This document shows, in pieces, positions 13,110-24,689 of a stretch of DNA of 64,000 nucleotides. The notes beneath the pieces were generated by a model, which ran no database searches, was not told the DNA's origin, and was given only the letters and a program-made list of their open reading frames with translations. The stretch covers positions 5,270,001 through 5,334,000 of the forward strand of contig NC_042999.1 of assembly GCF_006345805.1 (NCBI RefSeq), written 5' to 3'. Source of the DNA: Octopus sinensis (taxonomy: Eukaryota). The stretch's first letter is position 1. Each line of letters opens with the position of its first letter. A program made the translations under genes and the position numbers.

Positions 13110-13380
13110 ATCATCATCACCATCATAATTTAATGTCCGCTTTTCATGCTAGCATGGGTTGGATGATTTGACTGAGGACTGGCGAACCAGACTCCAATCT
13201 GATCTGGCAGAGTTTCTACAACTGAATGCCCTTCCTAACGCCAACCACTCCCAGAGTGTAGTGGGTGCTTTTACATGCCACCGGCACGAGGGCCAGTTTG
13301 GTGGTACTGGCAACGGCCACGCCCAAGTGGTGCTTTTTATGTGCCACCTGCACAGGAGCCAGTCCAGCGGCACAGAGGAA
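13110..13380 (-). mobile_element. RTE LINE 3'UTR with (GAT)n tail
   Basis: Same family as 5692. Confidence 0.8.
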
Positions 13381-13724
13381 ATTGGAGAGACTTGAAATTG
13401 GTGGATCAGGTTAGAAAGGAAAGGACACAGCACAACTGATCAGGAACAGAGTTAACTCAGGTGAAATGCAGTTTGAGGTTTATACTAGGAAAAGGTACCA
13501 GAGACACCTACTGAGGCAACTGCAGGAGTTGTACTTAGCTAAGGGTAAGACATCAGTGTGGTTGTGTGCTTAAGGGATTAGTTTGTGAACAACATAGTTT
13601 GCTATAAATGTGGTGAGATAACAGCAGAAGTACTTAGCAAAGAAAAAGACACCATATCTGGGAAGCTGTGCTCAGTAATCTGGTGGTCACTAAGCAAACT
13701 AAGTATACCAGGTATGGCATAAGT

Positions 13725-13980
13725 CATCATCATCATCATCGTTTAACGTCCATTTTCCATGCTAGCATGGGTTTGACCGGGGTCTGGGAGGCCAGGAGGC
13801 TGCACCAGGCTCCAGTCTGATCTGGCAGTGTTTCTACAGCTGGATGCCCTTCCTAACGCCAACCACTCCGTGACTGTAGTGGGTGCTTTTTACATGCCAC
13901 TGGCACAGAGGCCAGAGGAGGCTGACAAACGGTCACGATTGGTCGGTGCTTTTCACGTGCCACCGACATGGATGCCAAAA
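13725..13980 (-). mobile_element. RTE LINE 3'UTR with (GAT)n tail
   Basis: Same family as 5692. Confidence 0.85.
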
Positions 13981-15834
13981 CAAGGGGGTTAATATTTAGC
14001 ATTATTCATTTTATCATTATAATAAAAACGTTTTAGGTTTAGGCTAAGGAAAAATTTACATATATTTACAATTCAAAATGGCTACCCTTTGCTTTCACCA
14101 TAATCCTTATTCTTTTCCCCAAGGAAGTGTATGACATGTTTAAATAATGAGCATGTTCACTGCATTTAGGTGATGAATGGTTTGTAAGGGTTGCACAGTC
14201 TATCTATATGGGTAGAGTTAGTAAAGTGAGAGTCAGAGTCCCAATAAGTTCAGCAATTAATTTAGCATGAAGACAGGAGACCATAGAGGTTCTGTCCTCA
14301 TCCGTAGTCTTATAGGGCCATTGGAGAGTAGTTCAAGACCAACTGTCTATGGAGACTCCTATATGCTGATGATCTGGTTTGTATGGTTGAATCTACAGAA
14401 GAATTAGAGAAGAAATTCCATGTAGAGAAGCAAAATCTGGAAGCAAGAGTCCTGAAGGTAAACTTAGAAAAGTCTAATGTGTCAGTGAGTAAGAAAGACA
14501 GGATATTGGTCTCCTCAGAGAAATGGCCTTAGTTGATATGCAGGGAAGGAGTAGGTAGGAGCTTCCCATGTCATACACAAAGTAAGCTTTGGACATATAA
14601 TAGACGTAGTCAAACCACATGCAGGCTAGCTTTGTATGTGATAGATTCACTAGAGCTAAAAGAAATAGGCATTAGAGCACTGGAAAGACCTGCCCGCATG
14701 ACTGACTGGTTTAGTACTCATTGTTGGTATTTTCTGTAATCTAGGCAACATAAATCATAAGGAAGTTGGATGTTGAGAAAGTAGAGAACCAGGATAAGAA
14801 TGAGTTGGAAAAAGTTCAGGAGGCTTTTACCTCTGTTGGCAACAAAGATGTTATTCATCAAAGTGGGGGACAGATTGCATGACACTTGTGTTAGAACAGG
14901 GATACTGCATGTTAGTAGAATGTGACCCTTTAATGCAGAAAACTTGCGAAGACTAGAAAGAAAAGGGAGCAAACTTGCTGATGGTTGTGTAATGTTTGTG
15001 TGTATGAACAACGGAGTACATAAGCTGAGAGAGAAACTGGATTTAAGAGGACTCAGGTGTAAAGTAGATGATGGACAGATGTGATTGTATGGAAGAAGAC
15101 AACAGTATAAAGTGGGTCAAGCACTCAAAGTAACTGGAACCTTGAAGAAGGAGGCCAAGGTAAACTTGGGACAAAATAGTGAAAACTGATCTGAAAATGC
15201 TGCTTACCACAGAGATGACAAAAGACTAGTGATTAGCAGTGCATGAAATAGCAGGAGACCTGACCACCCTTGACAAAATGTACCTCCAATATGAGGGTTG
15301 GTGTCGAGATATTTTTGTACCCTTTCAAGTATACAATCTGCTTTCCTTCTCACCTTGTGCTTAGACACTCTCTTCCTTATTGCTCACTCTTCTTACAGAG
15401 CACCCCACCTCTCTACCATCTGTGTTGTCCACAATCACTCTTCATAGATCTTTATATAACATACTGTACTAGATTACCCCTGCATCTCAAACCCAATACA
15501 AAGTAGCTTTGCCCTTCACTCTCTCTCCTCCTCTAGGCCTCCTCTTTTGCCACCCATCACCTACTCTTACCTTTATGCTGTCAACTATCCCTTGCCCACC
15601 TCTGCTGTTGCCAATCACTCCCTTCCAAACTACACCTTCCAGCCTGACCCTTGGTTTTAGGATATCAGTTCTGTTAGTGGGAAGATCTTCTTGGGTACAG
15701 CAATGTGCCACATATCTCAGTCCTTTGTCATCTCCTTCATAAGGATGACTCGTACTTGATGAAGACATAACTGACCCATATCAGCATGAAAAGCAGACGT
15801 AAGGTGATACAGAAACAAACACATGTATGTGTAT

Positions 15835-16260
15835 CCTCATCATAATTTTCAAGTCCACTTTTCCATGCTTGCAGGAGTTGGATGGCTCACTGAGTTTACT
15901 GAGGCAAATTTGTACACAGCTGGATGCCCTTACTGTTGCCAACCCTCACCTACTTCCAAGCAAAGTAATATTGCCCCATGGTCAGGCATGTTCTTACAGA
16001 GTACTAGAAATGAATAACACTGCTTGTATGACAGTGACACTCGTTTACAGCTAAGATGCAATGTCAAGATAAAGAGATACAAACATGCACACACAGGATG
16101 GGCTCCTTTCCAGTCCCCATCTACCAAAACCACCGATGAAGCTTTGATTGGCGCTAGGTTACAGTAGAAGACAGTTACACAAGGTGCCATGCAATGGGAC
16201 TGAACTTGAAACCATTTGATTGAGAAGCAAAGTTCTTAACCACACAGCCACGGTTATGCC
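15835..16260 (-). mobile_element. SINE with a family-A head/core and an RTE-type tail
   Basis: 16100-16260 is the reverse complement of the family A head/core. 15835-15960 is an RTE-like 3' end. Confidence 0.65.
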
Positions 16261-16419
16261 TGTATTGCATGTACATCATCAGCATCATGTAATGACAGGG
16301 GAGCGGTTTGTCATAGGACAGATTGTGTGCACAAGGAGCAGGAGTGGGGTATAAACAGATAGACACAAAGGACATGCCTTTAGGGCCTCAATTGTACTTA
16401 GCTCAATAGGTTTTCTCAA

Positions 16420-16930
16420 GTAGAGCAAATTGCCAATTGTCTTGCACCTTTACCATTTCCTCTGTGAGGCTCATCATCTGATGACTATTTTCCCCCCACT
16501 TTGCCTTATGCCTTCCTCTTCCAGACATTCCATCCACATAGCTCTTCTTTATGTAGCTGTCTTCATCCATACACATCACATGACCATACCAGTGCAGTCA
16601 TCTCTCTTGCACACGACATCTGATGACTCTTATACCTAATTTTTCTCTCAAAATATTTACACTTTGTCATACATGCACACTGACATTTCATATTCAACAG
16701 AGTATGCCAGCTTCATTTCTTTAAAACCTTTGCATGTCCTCCGCATTCACAGCCATGTAGTAGAGTTGTCCATACATCATCATCATCATAAAATCTGCCT
16801 TTCACTATGAAGGAGAGACCTTCTGTTATCAACACTCTGAACTTTGCACAGTCAGTTCTTTTTCCAGCATCTATGCTTTCAGAGCATCCTCCACCACTGC
16901 TAATTTGGCCAGCTAGGTAACAGAAACTAT
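16420..16930 (-). mobile_element. RTE LINE RT C-terminal fragment (degraded)
   Basis: Reverse-complement similarity to 17800-18350. Confidence 0.65.
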
Positions 16931-17064
16931 CAACAACTACTAAGGATTTCCTTGCACATTTTTAGTGTTTATTGTATCTGCACATCTATCACACAAAGAC
17001 TACATTTCCTGTTAACCTTTCTGCAATTCTACTGCACCACTTATGTATCCATAACTTGCACTGG

Positions 17065-17385
17065 ATACATCATCATCATTGTTGTTTTCCATGCTGGAAT
17101 GGGTTGGACAGTTTGACTGAGGACTGGCGAACCAGATGGCTGCACCAGGCTCCAATCTAATCTGGCAGAGTTTCTACAGCTGGATGCCCTTCCTAACGCC
17201 AACCACTCCGAGAGTGTAGTGAGTGCTTTTACGTGCCACCGTCAGGCAGTACTGGCAATGGCCATGCTCATATGGTGTTTTTTATGTGCCACCTGCACAG
17301 GCAATGACCTCGCTTGAATGTTGTTTTTCATGTGCCACCCGCACAAGTGCCAGTAAGGTGACGCTGGTAACAATCACGCTCAATA
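17065..17385 (-). mobile_element. RTE LINE 3'UTR
   Basis: Same family as 13110. Confidence 0.8.
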
Positions 17386-17799
17386 CATGATATAGAATTT
17401 CTACCTACACCTTTTTTACATTCTAAGGCCCTTTGTTTTCAGTCCTTGCTTCCATACTTGAAATTTCTCCACTAATTTTAGAAGAAATTCAGGTATACAT
17501 ATATATATATGTGTGTGTGTATGCATGTGTGTATTCTCACAAATACATACATACATGGCATTTGGAAGGCTATCCAGCTGTAAAAAACCATGCCCAAACT
17601 GACCTCACTTGTGCTAGTGCCACACAAAAAGCACTCAGTCCACTCTGTGGAGAGGTTGGTGATAGGATGGTTTTCTAGCTGCAAAAACCATGCCAAAACA
17701 GACAGCAAAGTATGGTGCAATCTTCTGCCTAGCCTGCTCCTGTTAAATTGTCCAACTCATACCAGCATGGAAAGTAGATATAAAATAACAATGACGATA

Positions 17800-18735
17800 T
17801 ACTATATTTACAAACATACTGAGAGTTAGCTGCTAGAATAAGAATAGCCTGCGCAAAGTTCAGAGAGCTCCTACTTCTGCTGGTGACAAAGGGCCTCTCA
17901 CTCAGAGTGAAAGGTAGACTGTATGATGTATGTGTGCTAACAGCCATGCTACATGGTAGTGAAACATGGGCCATGACTGTTGAGGACATACATAAGCATG
18001 CAAGGAATGAAGCTAGTATGCTCTGCTTGATGTGTAATGTCAGTGTGCATACTCAACAGAGTGTAAGTACCTTGAGAGAAAAGTTGGACCTAAGAAGCAT
18101 CAGTGTGGTGTGCAAGAGAGATAACTGCGCTAATATGGTCATGTGTTGCATATGGATGAGGACAGCTGGGTGAAAAAGTGTCACACCTTAGCAGTGGAGG
18201 GAACCTGTGGTAGTGGTAGATCCAGGAAGACCTGGGATGAGGTGGTGAAGCATGACCTTCGAACGTTGGGCTTCACGGAGGCGATGACAAGTGACCAAAA
18301 CCTTTGGAGATATGCTGTGCTTGAGAAAAACTGGGAAGCCAAGTGAAACAGTAACCGTGGCCAATGTTAATGCAGCATAACCAGCCCATTTAAGAGTACC
18401 CTTCAATCATTGGGCAATAAACTGTGCTTGCGATGATCTGCTGAGGCAAGTGAAGTTGTCATCGTAGCCTATGATAGTACCGTCTGATTGGCACCTGTGC
18501 AGGTGTCATGTAAAAAGCACCATTTGAGCATAGCCGGCTTATTGGTTCCATGCTGGTGGCACTTAAAAGCACCCACTACATTCTTGGAGTGGTTGGTGCT
18601 AGGAAAGGTATCTAGATGTAGAAATTTTTCCAGATCGGACAGGAGTCTGGTGCAGCCATCTGGTTTGCCAGTCCTCAGTCAAACCATCCAACCCATGCCA
18701 GCATGGAAAACGGATGTTAAATGACAATGACGATA
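17800..18735 (+). mobile_element. RTE LINE 3' portion (RT C-terminus, 3'UTR, tail)
   Basis: KGLSLRVKGRLYDVCVLTAMLHGSETWA...RKTWDEVVKHDLRTLG, then 3'UTR and an aaatgacaatgacgat tail. Confidence 0.85.
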
Positions 18736-19337
18736 ATACATATATGAGCTGTTAAAAGACAAATATGCAACTTGGGCTATCCACTATGGTGCTAGTCTAA
18801 TTTATGAATGATTTATATAGCAGTAGGTGTATGCTACTGATTGGGGGGGGGGACCAAAATAAATCTACTGTGAGAAATGGTCAACAAACCACGAAATGGT
18901 TCAATTGCAGACTATTTCTCACTTTTTTTTCCCACAAATTAATAGTATGACTGATGTAACAGATTTATTGTTATGGGAGGAGAGAATAACAGAGGGAACA
19001 GTTTTGGAGTGCGAGCGAAGGAGGAGACAGAGGAAGGGATGAGCATTGTCAGGGATTATTAGGGTAAACAGAGGGAGGGGAATGATAATGGCGATGGGTT
19101 GTGTAGGTGATCCCAAGGATAGCGTGGGCCATGCTAGCACGGTTTGGGTGGTTTATCAGGGTCCAAAACAGTTCTTATAAAAAGGGAGACATGTTTATTG
19201 CTGAGAGAAGATGATAGGAGATATGATAACAAAGACAGTGTTAAGGAAGAGAGAAAAGGATAAAATAGTGTCAGGGGTTTAGGGAAGGAGAGAGAGAGAA
19301 TGATAGGATAGTGTAGAGAACTGAGGAGATGCAGTGT

Positions 19338-20385
19338 TACATATACATATGTGTACGAACAGCCATGCTACATGGCAGTGAAACATGGGCTGTGACTGCT
19401 GAGGATATGCGTAAGCTCGCTAGAAATGAAGCCAGTATGCTCCGATGGATGTGTAATGCCGGTACTCACACTCGGCAGAGTGTAAGTACCTTGAGAGAAA
19501 AGCTGGACCTAAGAAGCATCAGTTGTGGTGTGCAAGAGAGACGTTTGCGCTGGTATGGTCATGTGGCGAGAATGGATGAAGATAGTTGTGTGAAAAAGTG
19601 CCACACCCTAGCGGTTGAGGGAACCTGTGGAAGAGGCAGACCCAGGAAAACCTGGGACGAGGTGGTGAAGCACGACCTTCGAACTTTAGGTCTCACTGAG
19701 GAAATGACTAGAGACCGAGACCTCTGGAAGTGTGCTGTGCGCGAGAAGACCCGGCAGGACAAGTGAGTCCACAACCCGTGGCCTTCTACATGGGATGGAG
19801 CCAGCCTACGTATGCATACCTTCCCTTCTTGGGACACAAAACTCTACTTGTGAAGACGTGTTGAGGCAAGTGAGGATCAGAATCGAAATCGATCAATGGA
19901 AATTGCGGATGTGCTACCAGTGCCGGTGACATGTCGAAACTCTGCTTGTGAAGACCCATTGAGGCAAGTGAGGATCAGAATCGAAATCGATCAATGGAAA
20001 TCGATCAATGGAAATTGCAGATGTGTTACCAGTGCCGGTGGCATGTAAGAGAACTTTCCGTTTCGCAACCGTTGCCAGCACCGCCCCGTTTCGTGTCCGT
20101 TGCCAGCCTCGCCTGGCCCTCGTGCCGGTGGCACATAAAAAGCACCATCCGTTCGTGGCCGTTTGCCAGCTCTGTCTGGCACCAGTGCGGGTGGCATGTA
20201 AAAAGCACCCACTACACTCACGGAGTGGTTGGCGTTAGGAAGGGCATCCAGCCGTAGAAACACTGCCAGATTTGACTGGGCCTGATGAAGCCTTCTGGCT
20301 TCACAGACCCCAGTAGAACCGTCCAACCCATGCTAGCATGGAAAACGGACGCTAAATGATGATGATGATGATGATGATGATGATG
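19338..20385 (+). mobile_element. Young 5'-truncated RTE LINE (open RT C-terminus, 3'UTR, (GAT)n tail)
   Basis: Uninterrupted frame CVRTAMLHGSETW...RRLRWYGHVARM...GRGRPRKTWDEVVK...REKTRQDK* (stop 19766). CpGs are retained. Confidence 0.92.
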
Positions 20386-20694
20386 CATGTATGTAAACAT
20401 CATAATTTTTGTCTGTCTGTCGTTGGTGAAATGGGTTGGATGGGCATGCTTAACCTAAATATGTCAGAGGTCCTTGTCTTGTTTGCATTTCATTTTTTGG
20501 TATGGTTTCCATGGCTGGACTTCCTTCCTAGCACCAACCACTTTACAAAGTGTACTGTGTGTATTTCTTTTGTGCTGCCACATCCTCGTCACAACTAAAT
20601 GGACCTCACAACTCCATGTTCCTGCTCGCTCATCCATGCATATATAATACACACATGCATGCAAAGATATACATGCACATATTCCTATATATGT

Positions 20695-20885
20695 ATCACC
20701 ATCATCATTTTAACTCTGCTTGCCATGCTGGCATGGGTTGGACACAGAAGATTCAACAGGTCGGAAAAAACACCATCTTGCTCCAATGCCTCCTTATTGG
20801 CATTTGCTTCTATGGCTGGGTACCCTCCCTAAAACCAATCACTTTACAAAAAGTGTACTTACTGGTGTGTGCACGGTTTGTGATT
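20695..20885 (-). mobile_element. Old RTE-tail fragment
   Basis: catcatcattttaactc...catgctggcatgggttgg tail signature. Confidence 0.55.
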
Positions 20886-21235
20886 CCAGCACCGTTGGGG
20901 GTTGCCTTGTAGTTTACAAAGTAAATGAGAGCAACCATGGAGGAAGTAATAATAGATTTATTGAGAGGCAGGAAATGGAGATATTAACAGAGGGGATAAA
21001 AGTATTGGAGTGGGAGTAGAGGAGACGGGAAGAGTAGTGCCAGGGGTTGGCGTGAAGGAAGAAAGAGACAACAAGGTAATGGAGGAAGGTTGACAAGGTG
21101 GATCTAATAACGGGATGTTTCGGTCTGTGTGCCATACCAGCATGGTTTAGACGATAGCGATTTATACAGGCCCACGACGTATGCATAGTCTTAAGGCAAA
21201 CGCCTGGATTATCTTATCCCAACTGACCTCCTACA

Positions 21236-21274
21236 ACAACACACACACACATATATATATATATATAAATAAAT

Positions 21275-21305
<31 letters not shown>

Positions 21306-21312
21306 AATAAAT

Positions 21313-21366
<54 letters not shown>

Positions 21367-21525
21367 GTACACCTTGGCTGAAGACCCTGTGCACCCACAA
21401 GTAAAACTCTGACTAGCAAGAGACTGACTCGATCAAAATAAAATATATTATCAATATCTACTATGGCACTAAATACTATTTCCCGACAGTCAATACAAAA
21501 TGCGTGTATATATATATATATATAT

Positions 21526-21566
<41 letters not shown>

Positions 21567-22410
21567 TGACATATATATATATTTATAAAACATAGTTATA
21601 AATAAATCGTGTGTATGTATATAAATACACACACACACACATATCTATATTAAACATAGTTATGAATAAAACGCGCGTGTGTGTATATATATAATATACA
21701 CACAAACAACACACGAGTGAGTGAGTGAGTGAGTGAGCAAGCGAAAGGAAGTGGCATTCAACACATTTGTTTGGAGTTAAGATTTATTTAATAACAAATT
21801 CGAGTCAGGTTCCGCGGGTGCTGGACACGTTCGTCTCATCAAATGTTCTCTCGGAAAAAATATAGTTTTGTTTCCAAACATTTGATGAGGCGGACGTGTC
21901 CTGGGCCCAGAAAACTTTCCTACACACACACACATTATATATATATACATTTCATATATAGACGTATTATATACATGCACCTAAATACATACAAATATAC
22001 ATAGACACACGTAATTTTGTTTGTAATAACATCTGCAATATATTACACACACAGTGAAAATAGTGAAATATACATACACACACATATATATAGACTCGAC
22101 ACCACACGCATATACACAATATAATAGATATGTGTGTGTGTGCAAGTATGTATATATATATGTGTGTGTGCATGTATGTATATATGTGTGTGTGCATGCA
22201 TGTATATATATATATGTGTGTGTGCATGCATGTATATATATGTGTGTGCATGTATGTATATATATATGTGTGTGTGTATGTATATATATATATGTGTGCA
22301 TGTATGTATATATATATATGTGTGTGTGCATGTATATATATATGTGTGCATGTATATATATATATGTGCATGCATGTATGTATGTAAGAATATATATATA
22401 TATGTGTGTG
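21236..22410. repeat. Compound (CA)n/(TA)n/(TG)n microsatellite fields
   Basis: Seen directly. Confidence 0.95.
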
Positions 22411-22841
22411 TGTGCGCGTGTACTGAACGACTACTGAATTGTGTGGTGGGATATTAAAGGAAACGACCATTAACACACCTAAGTCCATCTTTTACTATAT
22501 TAAAACATCCAGCTTATAATAATACAAGCCTGGCCAGCAGAAGTTGAACACTTTGCAGGAAATATACACCACACACACACATATCGTATATATATGGTGT
22601 ATATATATGTTATATATTATATATGGATAGATAGGCTGCTTGCTAGTGTTTGTATGTAGTAAGAGTTTGTCGAGAACAATAAGTTAGGTGCTGCCGTAGT
22701 CTCTTCTTCTTGCCACTCGCAGTTCTCCTTCTCCTCCACAACATACATACAACACACATTGTATAGTAAAGAGAGAGTAAAACAAAACTGGTGACCTCGC
22801 ACACGAAAATACGATGCGTCCGCCGCCCAAAAGGCACTCAC

Positions 22842-22985
22842 CTCTTTCACTTTAACTTTGAAGTCTTCGAAAGTGAACAGTCCACCCGTGTGCAGTTTGA
22901 TTTCTGGCGAAGCTCCGTTTCTTCTGTCGAAAATGTAGACAAAAGCGTCGTCTTCGTCGTTGGAGGCATTCATAGACGAAGCCAT
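22842..22985 (-). CDS. SMCHD1: SMCHD1 orthologue, first coding exon (MASSMNASNDEDDAFVYIFDRRNGASPEIKLHTGGLFTFEDFKVKVKE)
   Basis: ATG at 22985-22983, 144 bp, ends at a GTGAGT donor (phase 0). VYIFDRR resembles the vertebrate SMCHD1 N-terminal VYLFDRR. Joins in frame with the next exon. Confidence 0.88.
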
Positions 22986-23220
22986 GACACCGCGCTGGGG
23001 GAAAAAAAAACAACAACAACAAAACAACAATAAAAACAAACAAGCAAATAAAATAAAATAACCAAAGCGGATGTAGATGGCGCTCGATGATCGTAACTGC
23101 TATTTTGGGAGGTACCGATGGGGTGACTTGTCTCTAAGAACGCTAGGTTTTTACAGCACCAGGTGCTCTTTGTTGATATTGACGCAGTTTTTACATGGCT
23201 TTTTCGGGATCTATTAATAG
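22986..23220 (-). promoter_or_regulatory. Probable 5'UTR/promoter region of SMCHD1
   Basis: Non-repetitive, CpG-containing stretch directly upstream of the ATG, bounded by microsatellite arrays. No TSS can be defined. Confidence 0.4.
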
Positions 23221-23221
23221 C

Positions 23222-23230
23222 ATAAATACA

Positions 23231-23268
<38 letters not shown>

Positions 23269-23577
23269 CATACATAAAAATACATACATACATTCATACA
23301 TATATGTGTGCGTGTGTGCATGTGTGTGTGTATATACATACATATACACACACATAAATATATATATATACATACATACACACGTATATATATTATATTT
23401 AAATATATAGAGAAAGGTATAAGTACGAATATAATATAAGATATATGTATGTATATATATATATATATGCATGTGTAAGTACGTGTGCGTTTAGGGTATC
23501 TATCTATCTATCTATCTATGCATATATACATAAGACATATGTACATATAATATTGAAGCCCCCCCTCTCTCTGTATT

Positions 23578-23647
<70 letters not shown>

Positions 23648-23680
23648 TATATAGTATGTGTGTGAGTGTATGTACACTAA
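23222..23680. repeat. (CA)n/(TA)n microsatellite field
   Basis: Seen directly. Confidence 0.95.
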
Positions 23681-23711
23681 CAAACATGCGCATATTATAA
23701 ATATGCTTTTT

Positions 23712-23900
23712 GACTCGTTTCAGTTATTGGACTGCGGCCATGCTGGAGCACTTCCTTCAAGAGTCCAATCGAAGGAATGGACGCTAGTTCTTCATTTTAA
23801 CCCTGTTATTTACTCTTTCGGTCCTCTTTGCCACACCGCCAAGTCACGTGGAATTAAACAAACCAACACCGGTTGAAAAGTGGTGGTGGGGGCAAACACA
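23712..23900 (-). mobile_element. SINE family A, 3' half
   Basis: Reverse complement of the family A tail (gactgcggccatgctggagca). Confidence 0.7.
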
Positions 23901-24022
23901 AATACACATACATACATACATACATACATACATACATACATACATACATACATACATACACACACATGCACACAGACAGACACACACACATACTGTGTGT
24001 GTGTGTATAAATATATATATAC

Positions 24023-24219
24023 AGGCGCAGGAGTGGCTGTGTGGTAAGTAGCTTGCTTACCAACCACATGGTTCCGGGTTCAGTCCCACTAAGTGGCACC
24101 TTGGGCAAGTGTCTTCTACTATAGCCTCGGGCCGACCAAAACCTTGTGAGTGGATTTGGTAGACAGAAACTGAAAGAAGCCCGTCATATATATATGTATG
24201 TATATATATATATATATAT

Positions 24220-24252
<33 letters not shown>

Positions 24253-24456
24253 GTGTATATGTATGTGTGTCTGTGTTTGTCCCCCTAGCATTGCTTGACA
24301 ACCGATGCTGGTGTATTTACGTCCCCGTAGCGTAGCGGTTCGGCAAAAGAGCCCGATAGAATAAGTACTAGGCTTACAAAGAATAAGTCCTGGGGTCGAT
24401 TAGCTCGACTAAAGGCGATGCTCCAGCATGGCCGCAGCCAAAATAACTGAAACAAG
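24023..24456 (+). mobile_element. SINE family A, full length
   Basis: Head, core, internal (TA)n and tail all present. Confidence 0.9.
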
Positions 24457-24562
24457 GATGTGCAGGTGTACATTCTGTTCACCTAACTTGGAGCTGTCCG
24501 GACTAAACCGAAGTGGCAAGGTGCTTCAGTTCAAGTACCGAATTCAATTGAATCTTAATTAT

Positions 24563-24602
<40 letters not shown>

Positions 24603-24689
24603 ACACACACACACACACACAGTTCCTAACTTTGGAATTAAAAGCTATACTAACCACTAAGCTGGACAGCATTGCTTATTACCAAAGAT

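Larger units (their letters stand above)
11420..15270 (+). mobile_element. Long, highly degraded RTE LINE (endonuclease to RT), split by younger insertions
   Basis: Collinear remnants: EFLEFCDVINLTIC (APE), QVIQEGVIPNDWCSSI (RT start), LLYADDL-like at ~14360, GDRLHDTCVRTG...L (~14870), C-terminal KTW motif (~15160). Confidence 0.65.

Noticed and set aside
19329-19766. Host protein-coding gene
   Set aside because: It is the C-terminus of an RTE LINE ORF with several decayed paralogues in the window.
21967-22488. Long ORFs such as YIYI/HTHT/CVCV/YLSI (also 27485, 44813, 48377, 54781, 62613)
   Set aside because: Translations of microsatellites, which are stop-free by composition.
22617-23039. 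140-aa ORF as a single-exon gene
   Set aside because: Only 22842-22985 is coding. A GTGAGT donor follows KVKE, and the flanks are UTR/intron read-through.
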